From positions 1,664,001-1,728,000 of the forward strand of contig OY970065.1 of assembly GCA_963705295.1 (NCBI GenBank): a stretch of 64,000 bases of DNA, in the 5' to 3' direction. This document shows, piece by piece, positions 1-9,316 of this stretch. Source of the DNA: Parachlamydiales bacterium. GTDB lineage: Bacteria > Chlamydiota > Chlamydiia > Chlamydiales > Rhabdochlamydiaceae. The notes beneath the pieces are model-generated. The model made no database searches. It had not been told where the DNA came from and was given only the letters and a program-made list of their open reading frames with translations. The translations under genes were made by a program, and so were the position numbers. Position 1 is the first letter of the stretch; the number at the start of each line of letters is the position of its first letter.

Positions 1-915
1 AAACCCCAACCACCCATTTCCAAAGAATGGAACTTGCAAAAGCCAGCCACCTTTCTCTTCACCTCCGGATCATCAGGGAAACCCAAAATCGCCTGTCACA
101 CCCTTGCCAATCATCTCTTCAGCGCCCAAGGATCAAACCAACTCATTCCCCTCGAAAAAACCGACCGGTGGGCCCTCACCCTTCCCCTCTTCCATGTCGG
201 CGGCCTTGGAATCTTATTCCGCTGCTATCTCGCCCAGTGCTCCATTCTCCTCAACTCTTTAGAAACCGCCACCCATATCTCAATGGTCCCCACCCAGCTC
301 TTACGATTGCAAACCCCGCTCCCTAATCTCAAAACCATTCTCCTCGGCGGTGCCCCACTACCCGACATCTCCACACCTTGGAATATTCTTCCAACCTATG
401 GCATGACCGAGATGAGTTCTCAAATCGTCACTGGCAATAAAATCCATCCCCACGCAGAACTCAAAATCGCTCCAGATAAAGAAATTTGGGTCCGCGGCCC
501 CGTCCTGTTCCAAGGGTATTTAGAAAACAATGAAATCCACCTTCCCCTCACTGACGGCTGGTTTGCCACCAAAGATCTCGGTGAGTGGCGAGATGGGAAA
601 TTGCATATCCTCGGCCGAAAAGACAACCTTTTCATCTCAGGCGGTGAAAACATCCAGCCCGAAGAAATCGAAGCCGCCATCCGAACCTTCTGCCACATGG
701 AGTCTATCGTTGTCCCTTTCCCTGATCCCGAATTCGGCGCTCGTCCCGCCGTCTTCCTCCCCCCACCCTTCAACCTCCCCAAACTCCAAGCCGCCCTCCT
801 CCCCCACCTCCCCAAATACAAAATCCCCATCCGCGCATTCCCCCTCCCCCCTCAAACCAGCCTCAAACCCAACCGAAAAGAACTCGCCCAATTGACCAAT
901 AATTCCAGTTGTTGA
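1..915 (+). CDS. menE: o-succinylbenzoate-CoA ligase (5'-truncated by window edge)
   Basis: AMP-binding motifs FTSGSSGKPK, YGMTE and GRKDNLFISGGENIQPEEIE; LPLFHVGG typical of MenE; frame is open from position 1. Confidence 0.85.
   Translation, partial: KPQPPISKEWNLQKPATFLFTSGSSGKPKIACHTLANHLFSAQGSNQLIPLEKTDRWALTLPLFHVGGLGILFRCYLAQCSILLNSLETATHISMVPTQLLRLQTPLPNLKTILLGGAPLPDISTPWNILPTYGMTEMSSQIVTGNKIHPHAELKIAPDKEIWVRGPVLFQGYLENNEIHLPLTDGWFATKDLGEWRDGKLHILGRKDNLFISGGENIQPEEIEAAIRTFCHMESIVVPFPDPEFGARPAVFLPPPFNLPKLQAALLPHLPKYKIPIRAFPLPPQTSLKPNRKELAQLTNNSSC
789..891 (+). repeat. Direct repeat copy 1 (3' end of menE)
   Basis: Near-identical to 1598-1690 (agccgccctcctcccc...aaagaactcgcccaa). Confidence 0.95.
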
Positions 916-940
916 TACACTGTGTATACATACGTATCTA
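912..940 (+). promoter_or_regulatory. Putative promoter/operator of the AbrB-Doc operon
   Basis: TTGATA-N17-TATCTA overlapped by palindromes ATACACtGTGTAT (915-927), TGTATACA (923-930) and ATACGTAT (930-937). Confidence 0.65.
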
Positions 941-956
941 CAAAAATAAGGCTTAT

Positions 957-1193
957 ATGACAGTAACTAAAAAACTAACTAGACACGGGAATAGTTACGC
1001 TCTCGTGATTGAACGTCCTATTCTCGAACTCTTGGGGATTGATACCGATACCTTGCTTCGAATTTCTACACCTGATGGGGCCTCCATTGTGATTACACCC
1101 GTCAAAGATAAAGCTCAAAAACGGAAGTTTTCAAGCTCGCTTAGAAAAATTAACAAAAAATATGGTAGAGTTCTCAAAAATTTAGCTGAATAA
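957..1193 (+). CDS. AbrB/MazE-family antitoxin
   Basis: KKLTRHGNSYALVI swapped-hairpin motif; 78 aa; stop overlaps toxin start (TAATG). Confidence 0.85.
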   Translation: MTVTKKLTRHGNSYALVIERPILELLGIDTDTLLRISTPDGASIVITPVKDKAQKRKFSSSLRKINKKYGRVLKNLAE

Positions 1194-1570
1194 TGTATTT
1201 TTTAACTCTCGAAGATGTCTTAGAAATTCATTCCGACCAGATCAACCGGTATGGCGGTAAAAGAGGAATTCGCGATCAAAATCTACTTCTTTCTGCTATT
1301 GCACAACCATTTAGTACTTTTGAGGGGCAATACCTCCATAAAACTATATTTGATAAAGCTTCAGCATATCTTTTCCATATCTGCCAAAATCATCCTTTTA
1401 TCGATGGGAATAAAAGAGTCGCTACAGTCTCAGCACTTTTATTTTTGGCTATGAATGATTATCCTATCGATTTTAAAGAAAGTGAGTTGGAAAAATTAGT
1501 GTTTTCAGTTGCCGAAGGCAAAAAGAAAAAACCTGAAATTGCTGCCTTTCTTGCTAAGAATTTAGGATAG
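1193..1570 (+). CDS. doc: Fic/Doc family toxin (death-on-curing type)
   Basis: HPFIDGNKR Doc motif; GIRD..LL.SA N-terminal motif; coupled to the upstream antitoxin. Confidence 0.9.
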   Translation: MYFLTLEDVLEIHSDQINRYGGKRGIRDQNLLLSAIAQPFSTFEGQYLHKTIFDKASAYLFHICQNHPFIDGNKRVATVSALLFLAMNDYPIDFKESELEKLVFSVAEGKKKKPEIAAFLAKNLG

Positions 1571-1597
1571 ACTTCTATTGACAATCACCCCTTTCTG

Positions 1598-1717
1598 AGC
1601 CGCCCTCCTCCCCAAATACAAAATCCCCATCCGCGCATTCCCCCTCCCCCTCAAACCAGCCTCAAACCCAATCGAAAAGAACTCGCCCAACGGATATCAA
1701 ATCTTCGTAACGAGTGA
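1598..1717 (+). repeat. Degenerate duplicate of the menE 3' end (copy 2, 1598-1690) followed by an alternative menE tail ...ELAQRISNLRNE*
   Basis: Differs from copy 1 by a 9-bp deletion, one missing C and one C>T change; continues in the menE terminal frame to TGA. Confidence 0.9.
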
Positions 1718-1772
1718 GTGTCGAGTTTTCTTCTAGATTGGTAATTGGATCCCCAGGTAACATTTTTGCATT

Positions 1773-4262
1773 ATGCCGGGAGTTCCTCCATTTCAAACGC
1801 AGAGGCTAGAGAATCTTTTCCGTCCGCCTGTTCTCGATAAATATATTCAAAAAACACCCGCGAAGAAAAAGAATTCCAAACCATTCTTGAAATGGATGTT
1901 TTTAGGCTTGGGAGTGATTTGTACCGTTATTTTTGTGTGGATGAGAACACCGGAAGTTCAAGAGTCGTTTACATATTTAAAAGGGCCGTTTCCTGATTTT
2001 ATCGGGCGAGAGAAATACTTGAATATTTTGAGTAGAGAACTGGTTCGTGTCGCTCCTGGAACTGTTCGAATGAAAGTGATTTGGGGAAGAGGCGGGTATG
2101 GAAAGAGCGAACTGGCTGTAGAATTTGCCAACCGTTTTAGGTCCCGTTTTTCACTCATTTGGACATTTTACTGCGATAGCGAGGAAAACATCCATCAAGG
2201 GTACCGAGATCTAGCTAATAAGTTGGGCATTTTGAATCCTTCCGATTCTTTTTCTAAAATCCGAGAGAAAGTCCATTTTTACTTAGAAAACCATCACTTT
2301 CATCTCCCCTGGCTGTTGCTCTTTGACAATGTGGAGGAAGAATTCAAGGAATATCCTCAACGGGGCGGAGCTATTTTAATCACTTCGCAGAAAAAAGTTT
2401 TAAATCCAGAATATCTTTTGGAAATCCATCCTTTTTCAAAAGAAGAATCGATCCAACTTCTGGAGAAAATTACCCATGAACCGCGCAGCGCAGCGATGGA
2501 AGAAGTTTTTCAAGACTTGGAAGGGATTCCCCTGCTGCTGAACTATGCTGCCCATTACATTAAAGCAACGCCCGGTTGCGGGGTCTCTGATTACCATACT
2601 CTTTTTTCATCCCATCTCTATGGAAAAGAAGGGCCTCTTTGGAATGAAACCGATGTCAATCGGAGATACTTTAAGAGTTTATTTTCTTCCTGGCAATTTC
2701 CTCTGAAAGCTCTAGAAAAAGAAAATCCACTTGCCCTTCAATGGCTCTATGTCTGCAGTTATTTGTATCCTGAACATATCCAAGAAGACTGGATCGATGA
2801 CTGGCTAAAGTTTAAACTTGGAAAGGAAAAACCTCTTGAAATCGAACGGAAAGAAATTCTAAAAACCCTGCAAGATTACGGTATCATCAAGTATCAGAGA
2901 GAATCGAAAACATTTTATCTCCACCGTTTTTTTCAACATATGATCCGCGATAGTCGTGAGGCGCATGCAGAAGACGACCTCAAAGAGACTGTTTCCCTGC
3001 TCGAGAAACACGAAGATGATTACAACTTTTTCAAAACATCGTCGTGGCAAGCCGGGAAAAATTGGCATTTACATGCAGTTGAAATCAAAAAGTGGCTTCA
3101 AAAATACCCGCATTTCTTATCTGATTCTTTTTCGATCAAGGTAAAAGCTGGCCTCTATGAATCGATCGGCATTTGGGATCTCTTTAATTACAGGTACCAT
3201 GATTCGACAGAAAACTTAAAGGAAGCCTTAAATTTGAGATTATCTTTGAATGAAAATTCTTTCCTTTTGGGAGAAGATTATTCTTCTATTGGATGGGCTT
3301 TGCTGGAAGAAGGAAACTTGAGGGAAGCCTCTGAATATCTTGCTAAAGGTGGCGAAATCCTCCAACTTTTTGTCGAGGGAGAACAAGGCCACCGGTTCGC
3401 TGACAATCTCAATTCACTCGGCCTGACAAATTTTGTCATGGGAAATTATGAAACGGCGCTCACTTATTTTCGAGATGCTTTAGCAATCAATGAAAAAAGA
3501 GAAGGGAACATCTATCAAATCTATACGAGCTGTAATCTCAATAACATTGGGCGGTGTCTCTTTGAACAAGGCCATTTCGATCAGGCTGAACGAACTTTTG
3601 ATCGATCGATTCAAGTGATGGACAAATCGTGCGATACCAAGCATCCGTATTATCTGTGGGTGCAAGTTTGGAAAGCCGATTGTCTATCGGCAAGAGGAGA
3701 TTTTAATAAAGCCTTACCGATGATTGAGAAAGCCTTAGCAGCATATCAGGGCCCTGAACATGGGGAATTAAACTACCCTTACAATGGCATGGGGGTGTGT
3801 TATTTCCACCTCAACCAATTCAAAAAAGCAAAGGAGATGTTCAAAAAAGGGTGTTATTTCGGTCAGAAATATTTTGGAAAAGAAAATCCTTATGCCGCTA
3901 GGTCGTATCCAGGTCTCGGTTGGTCGTATCTCAAGGAAAAAAAGGTCCGAAAAGGGGTGAAGTATCTTTTAAAAAGCCTCACTGTCGGGGTGCAGTGTCA
4001 TTTTTCTCCAGAGAAGATGACAAAGTTTCTCACCGATTTTCAAGAAGGGTTAAAAGAAGCAATCTATATTGAAGGAAAAACCGAGTACGTTAAGCATGCT
4101 GCTGCCATGGCGGGTGAGATCAGCGAAAAGGTGCTAGGCAAAGAGCACATTTTAACTCGATTTTTTCAAAACGATTATCTAGACTTGAAGCAAAATGAAA
4201 ATGGTCATCCTTTACTTTTTACTACCTTCTTTAATCTGGGGAGCAAGGAAAGAGCAAATTGA
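1773..4262 (+). CDS. Membrane-anchored NB-ARC (STAND) NTPase with C-terminal TPR repeats
   Basis: TM helix WMFLGLGVICTVIFVW; FIGRE; Walker A GRGGYGKS; Walker B WLLLFDNVE; sensor ILITSQ; GxP motif LEGIPLLL; TPR_12-like repeats (NLNSLG, NLNNIG). Confidence 0.85.
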   Translation: MPGVPPFQTQRLENLFRPPVLDKYIQKTPAKKKNSKPFLKWMFLGLGVICTVIFVWMRTPEVQESFTYLKGPFPDFIGREKYLNILSRELVRVAPGTVRMKVIWGRGGYGKSELAVEFANRFRSRFSLIWTFYCDSEENIHQGYRDLANKLGILNPSDSFSKIREKVHFYLENHHFHLPWLLLFDNVEEEFKEYPQRGGAILITSQKKVLNPEYLLEIHPFSKEESIQLLEKITHEPRSAAMEEVFQDLEGIPLLLNYAAHYIKATPGCGVSDYHTLFSSHLYGKEGPLWNETDVNRRYFKSLFSSWQFPLKALEKENPLALQWLYVCSYLYPEHIQEDWIDDWLKFKLGKEKPLEIERKEILKTLQDYGIIKYQRESKTFYLHRFFQHMIRDSREAHAEDDLKETVSLLEKHEDDYNFFKTSSWQAGKNWHLHAVEIKKWLQKYPHFLSDSFSIKVKAGLYESIGIWDLFNYRYHDSTENLKEALNLRLSLNENSFLLGEDYSSIGWALLEEGNLREASEYLAKGGEILQLFVEGEQGHRFADNLNSLGLTNFVMGNYETALTYFRDALAINEKREGNIYQIYTSCNLNNIGRCLFEQGHFDQAERTFDRSIQVMDKSCDTKHPYYLWVQVWKADCLSARGDFNKALPMIEKALAAYQGPEHGELNYPYNGMGVCYFHLNQFKKAKEMFKKGCYFGQKYFGKENPYAARSYPGLGWSYLKEKKVRKGVKYLLKSLTVGVQCHFSPEKMTKFLTDFQEGLKEAIYIEGKTEYVKHAAAMAGEISEKVLGKEHILTRFFQNDYLDLKQNENGHPLLFTTFFNLGSKERAN

Positions 4263-4959
4263 TCTCGTTCAAGAGAGGGCCGAATATTCTTCGCTCATCC
4301 AGGAGATTGCATTAACTCTTCAAGAGAAGAAAATCAAACTCGTGATGACCGATCTCAAAAACGAGAAAGACCATCTCGGGCTCGGCTATATCGTCATCTG
4401 GGACAGACCCGCTTCGATTACACCTGAAGTTCTGCGCCGTTTCGCACACAAAAAGCCGGTTTTATTTCTCTGGGAACCGGAAGCTTATGACCCTGCATAT
4501 GTGGCCCTTTTCAAACGGGTCTATACCTGGAATGACGACCTTGTTGACAATCAGAAATTTTTCAAATTTTACTATCCCGTCCTCCAAGCGATGGCAGGAA
4601 ATCTCCTCCCGTTTGAAAAAAGAAAACTCGTGACCCATAATCCTAAAGAGGCAGCCGAATTCAGATTCTGCATTTGCAAGGAGAAAGTGGAAACCAAAGG
4701 ATACATCTCCGAGAAGATCTTCCAGTGTTTTGCTGCGGGCTGCGTGCCGATTTATACGGGATCCAGCAATGTCACAGACTATATTCCCTCAAACTGCTTC
4801 ATCGATGGAAGAAAACTCCAGAATTTAGAAAACATAAGCCCGGCGACGTATGAAGAGTATCTAAATCATATCCGAGAGTTCCTCAAAAGTGATGAGGCCC
4901 ACTTATTTTCAAAAGAGATGTTTCAAGTTATTTTCTTGGAAGCCATTCGATTTCCTTAA
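4195..4959 (+). CDS. Glycosyltransferase family 10 (alpha-1,3-fucosyltransferase-like), possibly internally shortened
   Basis: FRFCICKE...GYISEKIFQCFAAGCVPIY matches the GT10 motif; LWEP and VYTWNDDLVD N-terminal motifs; signal-like N-terminus. Confidence 0.7.
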   Translation: MKMVILYFLLPSLIWGARKEQIDLVQERAEYSSLIQEIALTLQEKKIKLVMTDLKNEKDHLGLGYIVIWDRPASITPEVLRRFAHKKPVLFLWEPEAYDPAYVALFKRVYTWNDDLVDNQKFFKFYYPVLQAMAGNLLPFEKRKLVTHNPKEAAEFRFCICKEKVETKGYISEKIFQCFAAGCVPIYTGSSNVTDYIPSNCFIDGRKLQNLENISPATYEEYLNHIREFLKSDEAHLFSKEMFQVIFLEAIRFP

Positions 4960-5044
4960 GTATTAAGTAGTTATATTTATTAAAAGTGTAATCATTGTCG
5001 GAAAAAGGATCCTTTCTTATAATCCGGCACTTGCTTGCAAAAAT

Positions 5045-6979
5045 ATGGCAATAAAAAGATCGCATCTAGAAAACCCAATAGACTTTTTTTTAATGGAGGG
5101 AGAACGGGCTCTTTTGGTAGGGGACCCGGCGGGTATCGATTTTTTTGAAAAAGCATCGGAACTCGATCCCTCCAATAGCGAAAATTTTTATAGACAGGGT
5201 CTTGCCCTCTTCGAATTTGGCTCAGTGAAAGGAAGAGAAAAAACTCTTTTACTGGCATCAAAAAAATTTAAAATGGCGACCCGGCTTTCACCCCAATTTT
5301 TCGAAGCTTGGCATGCCTGGGGAAATACCCTGTTCCTCTTGGAGCGGCCTCAAGAGGCAGAGGAAAAGCTTCAACAAGCGGTGAAAAACAGCCTCCATCA
5401 ATCTCCAGATTTACAAGCGGAACTCTTTTGGGACCTCGGCAAAGTCTGGATTGAAATTGGACACCATTCGGGCGAAGCCAGTGATTTACAAAAAGGTCTT
5501 GACGCCTTTCAAAAAAGTTGTGAGCTCGATAAGAGTCTTCCTCAAGAATTTTGGATTGATTTCGCTCTGGCTTATTTGGAAATGTCGGAGCGGATCAATG
5601 ATACCCACCAACTGATCAAAGCAATCCACCATCTCAAACACGCCGTTTCACTCGAGCTTTCCTCTTTCGAAGGATGGATGAATCTTGCCCGGAGTATGGG
5701 AAAACTCTACACCTATGTTCAAGATGAAGCCCATTTCAACGGAGCACACGAATACTTTTCCGCGGCAGCCAATCTCCGGCCTCACAATCTAGAAACATGG
5801 CACGAATGGGCATTTTTCTTATTGAAAGCAGGACAGCAAACGAGCGACACAAAAAAACTCCGCACGTGCATCGAAAAATGTAAGCGAGGCTCTGCTTTAA
5901 ATTCTCAAAGTCCAAACCTTTTAGCCATCTGGTCCGAAGCTTTAGCAACCCTCGGGCAAATGACAGATAATATCGATCTTCTCCATGATGCCCAAAATAA
6001 AATTGCCGAAGCCCATGAATTTTCTGAAGAAGGAGAAATCGATGTTCTCCACTATGAAGGTAAAGTTCTTTATTACTGGGGAAATTATTTCAATGATTTT
6101 GAATATTACTACCAAGCCATTGAAAAATTTCAAGAAATCATCTCTTACGACCGGACCCGGTTCCAAGATTGGTTTGCGATTGCAAAAGTTTATTCCAAAA
6201 TTGGAGAAATCGATGACGACATCGATGCATTTGAAAAGGCGCTCCGGTTTTACGCCAAAGCCGTCGATTTAAGACCGTCGAGCCTCTATTATTTTGAATA
6301 TGGACTCACACTTTCCCATTTGGGAGAGATGAAAAGGGACCCCGAATTTTTGCAGCAGGCCATCACATATTTTGAATACGCCCTTCAAATTCAAAGGAAA
6401 GCGTTGTACACCCACCCAGGGTGGCTTTTCCACTATGCGATTACACTCGATCTTTTAGGCGATCTCCAAGAAGATGAATCTCTCTACCAAAAATCTTTCG
6501 AAATCTTTAGCCAAGTGCTCATGGTCGATCCCGATTTTCCCCGCATCCATTATCACCTCGGCCTCAGCTTTTCTCATCTAGGAGAAGCTCTGGGAGAAAT
6601 GGACTATTTTTACCGAGCTGTCCATCACTACCGTCTAGCCTTTAAACATGCTGAGGAAGACGATTTCATCATCCTTGACTGGGGCATCACCCTTATCCAC
6701 ATCGCTCAGCACACCTTTGACAAAGATATCGCCGATGTTTGTTACCGCGAGTCGGAAATAAAACTGCTCCAAGCGGCCCGTCTGGGCAGTGAACAATCGT
6801 TCTACCAACTCGGCTGCCTCTACTCACTCCTGAAAAACTACGATAAAGCCCTCTATTTTCTCCAAAAGTCCCATGAAGCCAAATCGCTCCCCCCTCTTGA
6901 AGAGCTCCTCGACGACGAGTGGCTCGACGGCCTCCGCCTCACCCCCTCCTTCCAAGAATTCCTCGCCCTCTTATCCTAA
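5045..6979 (+). CDS. Long TPR-repeat protein (chlamydial conserved type)
   Basis: Multiple TPR helices (AWHAWGNTL, IHYHLGLSF, FYQLGCLYSLL). Confidence 0.75.
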   Translation: MAIKRSHLENPIDFFLMEGERALLVGDPAGIDFFEKASELDPSNSENFYRQGLALFEFGSVKGREKTLLLASKKFKMATRLSPQFFEAWHAWGNTLFLLERPQEAEEKLQQAVKNSLHQSPDLQAELFWDLGKVWIEIGHHSGEASDLQKGLDAFQKSCELDKSLPQEFWIDFALAYLEMSERINDTHQLIKAIHHLKHAVSLELSSFEGWMNLARSMGKLYTYVQDEAHFNGAHEYFSAAANLRPHNLETWHEWAFFLLKAGQQTSDTKKLRTCIEKCKRGSALNSQSPNLLAIWSEALATLGQMTDNIDLLHDAQNKIAEAHEFSEEGEIDVLHYEGKVLYYWGNYFNDFEYYYQAIEKFQEIISYDRTRFQDWFAIAKVYSKIGEIDDDIDAFEKALRFYAKAVDLRPSSLYYFEYGLTLSHLGEMKRDPEFLQQAITYFEYALQIQRKALYTHPGWLFHYAITLDLLGDLQEDESLYQKSFEIFSQVLMVDPDFPRIHYHLGLSFSHLGEALGEMDYFYRAVHHYRLAFKHAEEDDFIILDWGITLIHIAQHTFDKDIADVCYRESEIKLLQAARLGSEQSFYQLGCLYSLLKNYDKALYFLQKSHEAKSLPPLEELLDDEWLDGLRLTPSFQEFLALLS

Positions 6980-7452
6980 TGAATAGGGAAGGCGGCGAAG
7001 ACGACAAAGTTGTTGACGCCGGGGTTTCGGCTCGAGAGGTGGGCGTTGGAAACGTGGTAGAACATGCCGCCGAAACGGTAGCCGCCACGGAAACGGTAGG
7101 CTCCCTCGAAGGCGGAGCGGAATTCTATCGGAAAACCTAAGTCTTTTCCGTAACCTCGGGAATAGACTCCAGGACAAAAACTGGGAGTAAAAACCAATCT
7201 TTTCCCGATGAAAATGTCGTAGCTGATTCCCCCATAAAGATAAGTTGAACCCATTTCTGAGCCGAAGATGCCAACCTGGGGCCGGAGCTGATCAATGACC
7301 GGTTTAAACTTGTATTCGACCTCCCAAAGATACCTTTTATGAACTCCCGTGACATTAAAAAGACCCATTCCCACAGAAAGAAGGCCCGGATCATCGATTG
7401 CATAGACTTTTCCTAGGAGAAGCAAAATAAAAATGCCAGTATATACCCTCAT
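6976..7452 (-). CDS. pagL: Lipid A 3-O-deacylase PagL / acyloxyacyl hydrolase family outer-membrane protein
   Basis: Signal peptide; EFRS..E and catalytic YHVSNA..NPG motif. Confidence 0.8.
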   Translation of the reverse strand: MRVYTGIFILLLLGKVYAIDDPGLLSVGMGLFNVTGVHKRYLWEVEYKFKPVIDQLRPQVGIFGSEMGSTYLYGGISYDIFIGKRLVFTPSFCPGVYSRGYGKDLGFPIEFRSAFEGAYRFRGGYRFGGMFYHVSNAHLSSRNPGVNNFVVFAAFPIH

Positions 7453-7522
7453 CCTTGTGTATAGATCCCCCGTTTGTTACAATACAGGTTTTGCAAAAAG
7501 TGTCAACCTTCCGAGGAAATAG

Positions 7523-9316
7523 ATGGATAAACGAACGATCATTTTTGTGGTTCTGATGACTGCGGCCTTCTTTCTGGTGAACCACTTTCTATTTCCCTCC
7601 AAACCTCAACCGGTCGCTCCTGTTGCGGTGCAAACAACTCCGGTCAAAGAGAAAACCGCTGTTGCTGTTTCCAATGAGATAAGATACGTGATCCAGAACG
7701 AATACCAACAGCTGGTGATATCCAATCTGAATGGGGGTGTTGCCGAAATCAACTTGCCTTTCAAAAGCCAAGAAAATCCGCAGAGTGTTGTCCGGAAGAT
7801 TCGGCCCGATATCATCTTAGAGGATGACTATCCAAACAGAGATCGATTTCCCGCAGGTCCGTACCAAACCTATCAAGGTAGTTTCAATCAAGGCGCCGTC
7901 GATGGGTATTATCCTTTGATCAGAAGAAGTAGCGCTCCTGAATACTACGCTCTTGCAACAGCTGCAAGCTCCCCTTTTAAATTGAAAAGATTGGAAAAAA
8001 ATTTGATTGAAATTGAAGGTTCAACCGACCACGGAACGATCACAAAGACCTACACATTGCCAGCCGATCCATCGGCAACGCCGTATTCATTCGATCTGCA
8101 AATCAAAGTTGAAGGGAAACCGGAAAACCTTTTTTTAACAACGGGTGTTCCAGAGGTAGAAATTGTTTCAGGAAGTTCGACTCAGATGCTGAAATACCGA
8201 TTGACGAAGGGGAAAAAAGGGATTGTCGAACAAATCTCTCTTCCGAAAACCGAAACGACCATCGGTTCGATTATCCCCAATTGGATTGCCAACTCGAATG
8301 GATTTTTTGCTGTGATTCTAGATCCTCAATCCGAAGTAGGACCAGGTGTAACAGCTTGGAAAGTCGATGGAAATCTTGTTCCGACAAGACTGACGGTGAT
8401 CGATTCGGAATATAACCTTTATCCTCCAAGCAACTATCCAGGATATCTCATGCAACTTCCCCTGAAAAACCAGGAAGGAACATACCATTTCCGGGTTTTT
8501 GCTGGACCACTCGCCACGACGATTTTGGAGAAGAATGACGCCGTCTATAAAGGCGACTATATCGCGACCAAGAGTTTCCATGGATGGTTTGCGTTTATTT
8601 CGGAACCTTTTGCGAAATTTTTATTCTTCCTCATGAAAATTTTCTATGCAGTCGTCCGGTCCTGGGGGGTTGCGATCATTCTTTTAACGATTGCACTGCG
8701 CGTCATGCTCTATCCTCTGAATGCCTGGTCGATTAAATCGACCATCAAAATGCAAAAACTGTCCCCAAAATTAACGGCTATTCAAGAGAAGTACAAAAAA
8801 GATCCTAAAAGAGCTCAAGTTGAAATCATGAACATGTACCGTCAGCAAGGGGTCAATCCATTAGGAGGATGTCTTCCTCTCTTGATCCAAATGCCGTTTT
8901 TGATTGGAATGTTCGAACTGCTGAAAACGACCTTTGAACTGAGGGGAGATCGGTTTATTCCGGGATGGATCGACAACCTGGCTGCACCCGACATCCTTTT
9001 CTCCTGGCATGCCCCGATTTGGTTTATCGGGACTTCGTTCCATCTTCTCCCCTTCCTGCTCGGTGCTACGATGTACTGGCAACAACGGATGTCGACGGCG
9101 GGCAAAGATCCGAAACAACTCACCGATCAGCAAAAGCAGCAACGGTTCATGGGAAATATCATGACTGTTGTTTTCACTGTTCTCTTTTACAATTTCCCTG
9201 CGGGCCTCAATATTTACTGGCTTTCGTCCATGTTACTGGGTATCCTGCAACAATGGTGGATGACCAAGAAAAGAGCCGATGAAAATTTGGGAAGAGTTCC
9301 TTCAAAACCAAGTTAA
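7523..9316 (+). CDS. yidC: Membrane protein insertase YidC
   Basis: MDKRTI N-terminal TM; WGVAIILLT; NPLGGCLPLLIQMP; PAGLNIYWLSS. Confidence 0.97.
   Translation: MDKRTIIFVVLMTAAFFLVNHFLFPSKPQPVAPVAVQTTPVKEKTAVAVSNEIRYVIQNEYQQLVISNLNGGVAEINLPFKSQENPQSVVRKIRPDIILEDDYPNRDRFPAGPYQTYQGSFNQGAVDGYYPLIRRSSAPEYYALATAASSPFKLKRLEKNLIEIEGSTDHGTITKTYTLPADPSATPYSFDLQIKVEGKPENLFLTTGVPEVEIVSGSSTQMLKYRLTKGKKGIVEQISLPKTETTIGSIIPNWIANSNGFFAVILDPQSEVGPGVTAWKVDGNLVPTRLTVIDSEYNLYPPSNYPGYLMQLPLKNQEGTYHFRVFAGPLATTILEKNDAVYKGDYIATKSFHGWFAFISEPFAKFLFFLMKIFYAVVRSWGVAIILLTIALRVMLYPLNAWSIKSTIKMQKLSPKLTAIQEKYKKDPKRAQVEIMNMYRQQGVNPLGGCLPLLIQMPFLIGMFELLKTTFELRGDRFIPGWIDNLAAPDILFSWHAPIWFIGTSFHLLPFLLGATMYWQQRMSTAGKDPKQLTDQQKQQRFMGNIMTVVFTVLFYNFPAGLNIYWLSSMLLGILQQWWMTKKRADENLGRVPSKPS

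Noticed and set aside
420..895. Alternative-frame ORFs over C-rich gene ends (also 16163-16438, 41141-41593, 51963-52257)
   Set aside because: Shadow ORFs caused by stop-poor C-rich sequence; low-complexity P/S or G/E products overlapping clear genes
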